From positions 30,001-62,000 of the forward strand of contig NC_014033.1 of the NCBI RefSeq assembly GCF_000025925.1: 32,000 nt of DNA, written 5' to 3'. Position 1 is the stretch's first letter, and each line of letters begins with the position of its first letter. This DNA comes from Xylanibacter ruminicola 23. Its GTDB lineage: Bacteria; Bacteroidota; Bacteroidia; Bacteroidales; Bacteroidaceae. The notes under the pieces are model-generated. The model was not told the origin of the DNA and ran no database searches. It was given only the letters and a program-made list of their open reading frames with translations. Position numbers and translations under genes: made by a program. Of this stretch, positions 28,058-32,000 are shown piece after piece.

Positions 28058-28852
28058 ATGCGTAGATTACTATATATAATAGGTATATTAGGGCTGATGT
28101 CGTGTACAAAGGAAATCAGCATCGACTATCATAGTCACGATACACGCTATGTGGTTGAAGGTACTATTAACAATGATGGTACGGAGATACGTGTGAGCAC
28201 CACCAATGCGATGGAAGATAATGCTACTGGCAGTGATGTGAACAACGCTACCGTTACAATGACGGCCGACGATGGTACCACTGCTACCATCCCCTTCGTA
28301 CGCAATGGCTACTACCGTTCAAAGTTTGCTGGTATTGCCGGCACTGTTTATAAGTTGGATGTTGAGGTTGAAGGACACCATTTTACGTCAACTTCTACCA
28401 TGCAGCGCACCCCCAAGATGAACGAGTTTAAACTGGTGTGGAAGAAGATGCTGACGGAGCGTTACTTGTTTGGTGACTTGCGCCTGCAGGACATACCTAA
28501 CGAGAGTAACTGGTATTTTATGCATATTTATCGTAATGGTTTAGGTTATCGTTGGGCGGTGATGAAGGATGATAAGAATCCGAACAAGGAACTTCAGCAG
28601 CTGTTTACCTTCTTCCGTGATGGTCAGCACGATAATGACGTTCTACAGGATGGCGACGAGCTGCATATTGTTATACGTGCCATCGATCAGCGTGCTTACG
28701 ACTATCTGTACTCTATGCAGCAGATGTCGAGCACGGCTACCAATCCTATTGATAACTTTACTGGTGGCTGTTTGGGGTATTTCTCAGCCAATAGCGAGAT
28801 AGAATACTATCAGGATTTCTATTACCGCGATGTAACTGAAGATGACGAATAA
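28058..28852 (+). CDS. DUF4249-family lipoprotein (TonB-receptor-associated)
   Basis: 264 aa with lipobox LGLMSC-T. The architecture and position immediately downstream of a TonB-dependent receptor are typical of DUF4249. The family call is from recall and was not searched. Confidence 0.7.
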   Translation: MRRLLYIIGILGLMSCTKEISIDYHSHDTRYVVEGTINNDGTEIRVSTTNAMEDNATGSDVNNATVTMTADDGTTATIPFVRNGYYRSKFAGIAGTVYKLDVEVEGHHFTSTSTMQRTPKMNEFKLVWKKMLTERYLFGDLRLQDIPNESNWYFMHIYRNGLGYRWAVMKDDKNPNKELQQLFTFFRDGQHDNDVLQDGDELHIVIRAIDQRAYDYLYSMQQMSSTATNPIDNFTGGCLGYFSANSEIEYYQDFYYRDVTEDDE

Positions 28853-29322
28853 CCGTTAGTTTCGTTTGATAGTTTGCGAATAATGAAAGTAACGGTTATG
28901 CCTTTTTGTTCGTAGTCGTACCTGATAAGCACAGAACTGTCGGTAAACGAAACCACCTGTGCTAGGAGCGAGCGCTTGGCTCCGCCATCGTCAACATATG
29001 TAAGTTTCAGGTTATTGTTGTCGCACTGATAGTCGCCTTCGTAAATCACCATACCTTCTGTGTCGTAGGCGGTAAAAGTACCTTTGCGCACCATGCCGTT
29101 GTAATTGCCATCACCACGAAAAACAAACTGATCGTACGTAAAGTTATCGGGGCCTAAGTCGGTGTCGCCATCAATCACAACATCACCTTCGCCCCAACCG
29201 CGTTGCCAAGTGCCGACAATCATTTCGCCCAGTCGGCGTCCATCATCGTCACCACCACCGCAAGCGGTCAAAAATACCAGGGCAGCCACCATAGCTGCCC
29301 TGTATAAGAACTTACTTAACAT
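28822..29322 (-). CDS. lipocalin-like domain lipoprotein (hypothetical)
   Basis: Signal peptide and lipobox ([10 protein letters not shown]), with an IVGTWQ motif typical of Bacteroidota lipocalin-like domains. I chose the ATG at 29322 over the track's TTG at 29328. It overlaps the asd stop by 11 nt. Confidence 0.7.
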   Translation of the reverse strand: MLSKFLYRAAMVAALVFLTACGGGDDDGRRLGEMIVGTWQRGWGEGDVVIDGDTDLGPDNFTYDQFVFRGDGNYNGMVRKGTFTAYDTEGMVIYEGDYQCDNNNLKLTYVDDGGAKRSLLAQVVSFTDSSVLIRYDYEQKGITVTFIIRKLSNETNGYSSSSVTSR

Positions 29323-30325
29323 TTCCAACCTTAACTAAGTACTCTGCAATCTGAACAGCATTAAGGGCAGCACCCTTACGTATCTGGTCGCCACTGAGCC
29401 AGAAGGTCAGACCGTTTTCGTCGCTCAGGTCCTTACGTACACGACCTACGTAAACATCGTCCTTGCCGGCAGTTTCCAGAGGCATGGGGTAGGTAAGTGT
29501 AGCGGGATCGTCCTTCAGTGTACAGCCGGGAGCAGCGGCGATAGCCTTCTGAGCCTCCTCTACGCTGATGGGGCGCTCGGTCTCAATCCAAACACTCTCT
29601 GAGTGAGAGCGCAGTGAGCTAACACGTACACACATGGCCGAGCACTTAGCATCGGTATGCATAATCTTACGTGTCTCGTTAAACATCTTCATCTCCTCCT
29701 TGGTGTAGCCATTTGGCTGGAACACGTCAATCTGAGGGATAACGTTATAAGCCAGCTGGTGGGCGAACTTCTTTACGGTCTTAACCTCACCATCCTCTAC
29801 CATCTCTTTGTACTGCTGCTGCAGTTCGGCCATGGCAGCGGCACCGGCACCTGAAGCACTCTGATATGAAGCAACATGGATGCGTTTTATATGAGAGAGC
29901 TTTTCCAGAGGCTGGAGAACAACTACCATCATGATAGTGGTGCAGTTAGGGTTAGCGATTATTCCACGAGGACGGTTCAGGGCGTCCTCGGCGTTGCACT
30001 CGGGCACTACCAAGGGTACATCGTCGTCCATACGGAATGCACTCGAGTTGTCAATCATTACAGCACCATACTTTGTGATAGTCTCGGCAAACTCCTTCGA
30101 TGTGCCTGCACCTGCTGAAGTGAAGGCGATGTCGACATCCTTAAAATCGTCGTTGTGCTGAAGCAGTTTAACCTCAATCTCCTTACCTTTAAAATTGTAC
30201 TTCGTTCCGGCACTGCGCTCTGAGCCAAACAGTACCAGTTCGTCCATTGGGAAATTTCTCTCAGCGAGGATGCGCAGAAACTCTTGTCCTACGGCTCCAC
30301 TTGCACCTACAATTGCTACTTTCAT
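29312..30325 (-). CDS. asd: aspartate-semialdehyde dehydrogenase
   Basis: 337 aa with NAD(P)-binding [15 protein letters not shown], active-site context [10 protein letters not shown] and SYQSASGAG. Confidence 0.96.
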   Translation of the reverse strand: MKVAIVGASGAVGQEFLRILAERNFPMDELVLFGSERSAGTKYNFKGKEIEVKLLQHNDDFKDVDIAFTSAGAGTSKEFAETITKYGAVMIDNSSAFRMDDDVPLVVPECNAEDALNRPRGIIANPNCTTIMMVVVLQPLEKLSHIKRIHVASYQSASGAGAAAMAELQQQYKEMVEDGEVKTVKKFAHQLAYNVIPQIDVFQPNGYTKEEMKMFNETRKIMHTDAKCSAMCVRVSSLRSHSESVWIETERPISVEEAQKAIAAAPGCTLKDDPATLTYPMPLETAGKDDVYVGRVRKDLSDENGLTFWLSGDQIRKGAALNAVQIAEYLVKVGNVK

Positions 30326-30359
30326 CTTGATAATCCTTTAAATGGTTACAATTTGGCCG

Positions 30360-30367
30360 CAAAATTA
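30360..30367 (-). promoter_or_regulatory. -7 promoter box (TAATTTTG on the minus strand) for asd
   Basis: CAAAATTA on the plus strand, 34 nt upstream of the asd ATG. Confidence 0.5.
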
Positions 30368-30399
30368 TGTTTTTTTTTTCATTTTACCAAAAAAATGAG

Positions 30400-30407
30400 T
30401 ACCTTTG
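30400..30407 (+). promoter_or_regulatory. -7 promoter box TACCTTTG for the antiporter gene
   Basis: TAnnTTTG, 8 nt upstream of the ATG at 30416. Confidence 0.5.
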
Positions 30408-30415
30408 TAGCCAAA

Positions 30416-32000
30416 ATGACATTATTATTATCATATTTGCCGATTACAGACCCAACTTTTATCTTTTTTGTGGTGCTGATGATCATTCTGTTTGCTCCTA
30501 TCGTGATGAGTAAACTTAGAATTCCGCATATCATTGGCATGGTTCTGGCGGGTATCGCCATCGGTCAATATGGTTTTAATATTCTGGTCCGCGACAACTC
30601 GTTCGAACTTTTTGGTAGGGTAGGTCTCTACTATATTATGTTCCTGGCCGGACTGGAGATGGACATGGAAGGTGTGAAGAAGCATTCGCGCCGATTCCTG
30701 CTGTTCGGACTGCTGACGTGCTTTGTCCCGCTGATACTTACCTATGCCATGTCGGTAACCATCCTCGACTATTCGTCATCGGCTTCGTTCCTGTTGGGCT
30801 GTATCATGGCGTCAAATACCTTGATTGCTTATCCTATTGTTGGTCGATATGGTTTGCAGAAGCACCAGAGCGTGGCTCTGAGTGTAGGTTCGTCGATGAT
30901 ATCACTGTTTATGGCGCTGGTGATGCTGGCTGCTATCTCAGGATCGTTCAGCAAAGATAGTGGTTGGTGGTTCTGGGTGCTGTTTGTGGTTAAGTTTGCC
31001 GCCTTCTGTGTAGGTAGCGTTGTTCTGATACCTAAGTTGACGCGCTATTTCCTGCGCCGATACAGTGATGCCGTGATGCAGTACACCTTCGTTATGGCGG
31101 TGATGTTTCTCAGTGCGGCACTCTCGTCGCTCATTGGTATCGAGGGTGTGTTTGGCGCATTCTACTCTGGTCTGATATTAAACAGATATATCCCACGTGT
31201 GTCGCCACTGATGAACCGCATCGAGTTTATCGGTAACGCGCTGTTCATCCCCTATTTCCTGATTGGTGTGGGTATGCTCATCAATCTGGGTACGCTGTTC
31301 TCTAGCATGCAGATGGTATGGATTGTACTGCTTATCGTGTTCTTCGGAACATTTGGTAAGGCTGTGGCTGCCTATATCTGCAGTCTGCTGTTCCGCCTGT
31401 CAAAGGCCGATGGTCACATGATGTTCGGTCTTACATCGGCCCATGCGGCTGGTGCCATCGCTATGGTGATGGTGGGCATCCGTTTAGAGGTGGCTCCCGG
31501 CGAATACCTGGTGAGCGACGACATGCTGAATGGTATCATTATGATGATATTGTTTACCTGTATCATCAGTACCATGATGACCGAGCATGCTGCCAAGAAG
31601 ATTATCATTCAGGAGAAGACCCATCTGCAGGGTGATGTACCTAAGGATGACGACGAGAAGATATTGTTATGTGTGAAATATCCTGAGATTGCACCACATC
31701 TGCTGTATATGTCGATGTTTATGCGTAACCAGCGTTTGAATCGCGACTTGGTGGCGTTGAATGTGGTTTACGATGATGAGCGTAGCAATGCTGCTCGCGA
31801 AGAGGGTATCCGATTGTTGGAGCAACTGCAGCATACGGCCAGCGCCAGCGAGGTAAAGGTGCAAACGCAGGTGCGCTTGGCTACCAATATCGCCAATGGT
31901 ATTAAGCACGCTTTCCGTGAGTTTGGATGCTCGGAGATTGTGATGGGGATGCACGTGCATACCGATATCAACCCCAGGTTCTGGGGAGAGTTTATCCAGA
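30416..32000 (+). CDS. cation/proton antiporter (CPA2/Kef-type Na+/H+ exchanger family) with a C-terminal cytoplasmic Usp-like domain; 3' end outside the window
   Basis: This gene is not in the ORF track because no stop codon is reached. I translated it by hand from the ATG at 30416 and the frame stays open to 32000. The N-terminus is TDPTFIFFVVLMIILFAPIVMSKLRIPHIIGMVLAGIAIG, typical of the family. There are 10 or more hydrophobic segments, then a soluble region (KILLCVKYPE...EIVMGMH). Confidence 0.85.
   Translation, partial: MTLLLSYLPITDPTFIFFVVLMIILFAPIVMSKLRIPHIIGMVLAGIAIGQYGFNILVRDNSFELFGRVGLYYIMFLAGLEMDMEGVKKHSRRFLLFGLLTCFVPLILTYAMSVTILDYSSSASFLLGCIMASNTLIAYPIVGRYGLQKHQSVALSVGSSMISLFMALVMLAAISGSFSKDSGWWFWVLFVVKFAAFCVGSVVLIPKLTRYFLRRYSDAVMQYTFVMAVMFLSAALSSLIGIEGVFGAFYSGLILNRYIPRVSPLMNRIEFIGNALFIPYFLIGVGMLINLGTLFSSMQMVWIVLLIVFFGTFGKAVAAYICSLLFRLSKADGHMMFGLTSAHAAGAIAMVMVGIRLEVAPGEYLVSDDMLNGIIMMILFTCIISTMMTEHAAKKIIIQEKTHLQGDVPKDDDEKILLCVKYPEIAPHLLYMSMFMRNQRLNRDLVALNVVYDDERSNAAREEGIRLLEQLQHTASASEVKVQTQVRLATNIANGIKHAFREFGCSEIVMGMHVHTDINPRFWGEFIQ

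Overview
The window looks like a compact, syntenic core-chromosome segment of a Bacteroidota genome, probably Prevotella-like. The taxon call is an inference from three things: TAnnTTTG '-7' promoter boxes in front of almost every transcription unit, A-rich leaders without Shine-Dalgarno sequences, and the gene content. I support 27 protein-coding genes (two cut by the window edges) and 2 tRNAs. In order they are: an RsbW/SpoIIAB-like anti-sigma kinase; mlaE-mlaF, divergent from lptB; tig-clpP-clpX-recQ; a tightly overlapped chain guaB, PPIase, SurA-like PPIase, OstA-like repeat protein, mutL; tRNA-Val; a MATE exporter; clpS-clpA-aat (N-degron module) on the minus strand; tRNA-Gln; rsfS-ftsH-cdsA; a small lipoprotein; a TonB-dependent receptor with a DUF4249 lipoprotein; a lipocalin-like lipoprotein overlapping asd; and a CPA2-type cation/proton antiporter running off the 3' edge. 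I see no CRISPR array, transposase, integrase, phage genes, toxin-antitoxin pair or recognisable defence island, so most of the window is ordinary housekeeping DNA. The one locus the gene models do not explain is the 496-bp ORF-free gap at 18150-18645. On the minus strand it has a canonical -7 box, then about 300 nt of nearly C-free sequence carrying four copies of a composite AGGU-W(1-3)-UUAGUUA unit, then a clean intrinsic terminator. I read this as a candidate uncharacterised ncRNA. Secondary observations are: a CGAATT-repeat/17-bp inverted-repeat array between the divergent mlaEF and lptB promoters; an 8 x 29-residue periodic repeat in the OstA-like protein; apparently leaderless or near-leaderless starts; an N-terminally short TonB receptor; and alternative inverted repeats around the clpP promoter. 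All functional readings are inference from sequence only.
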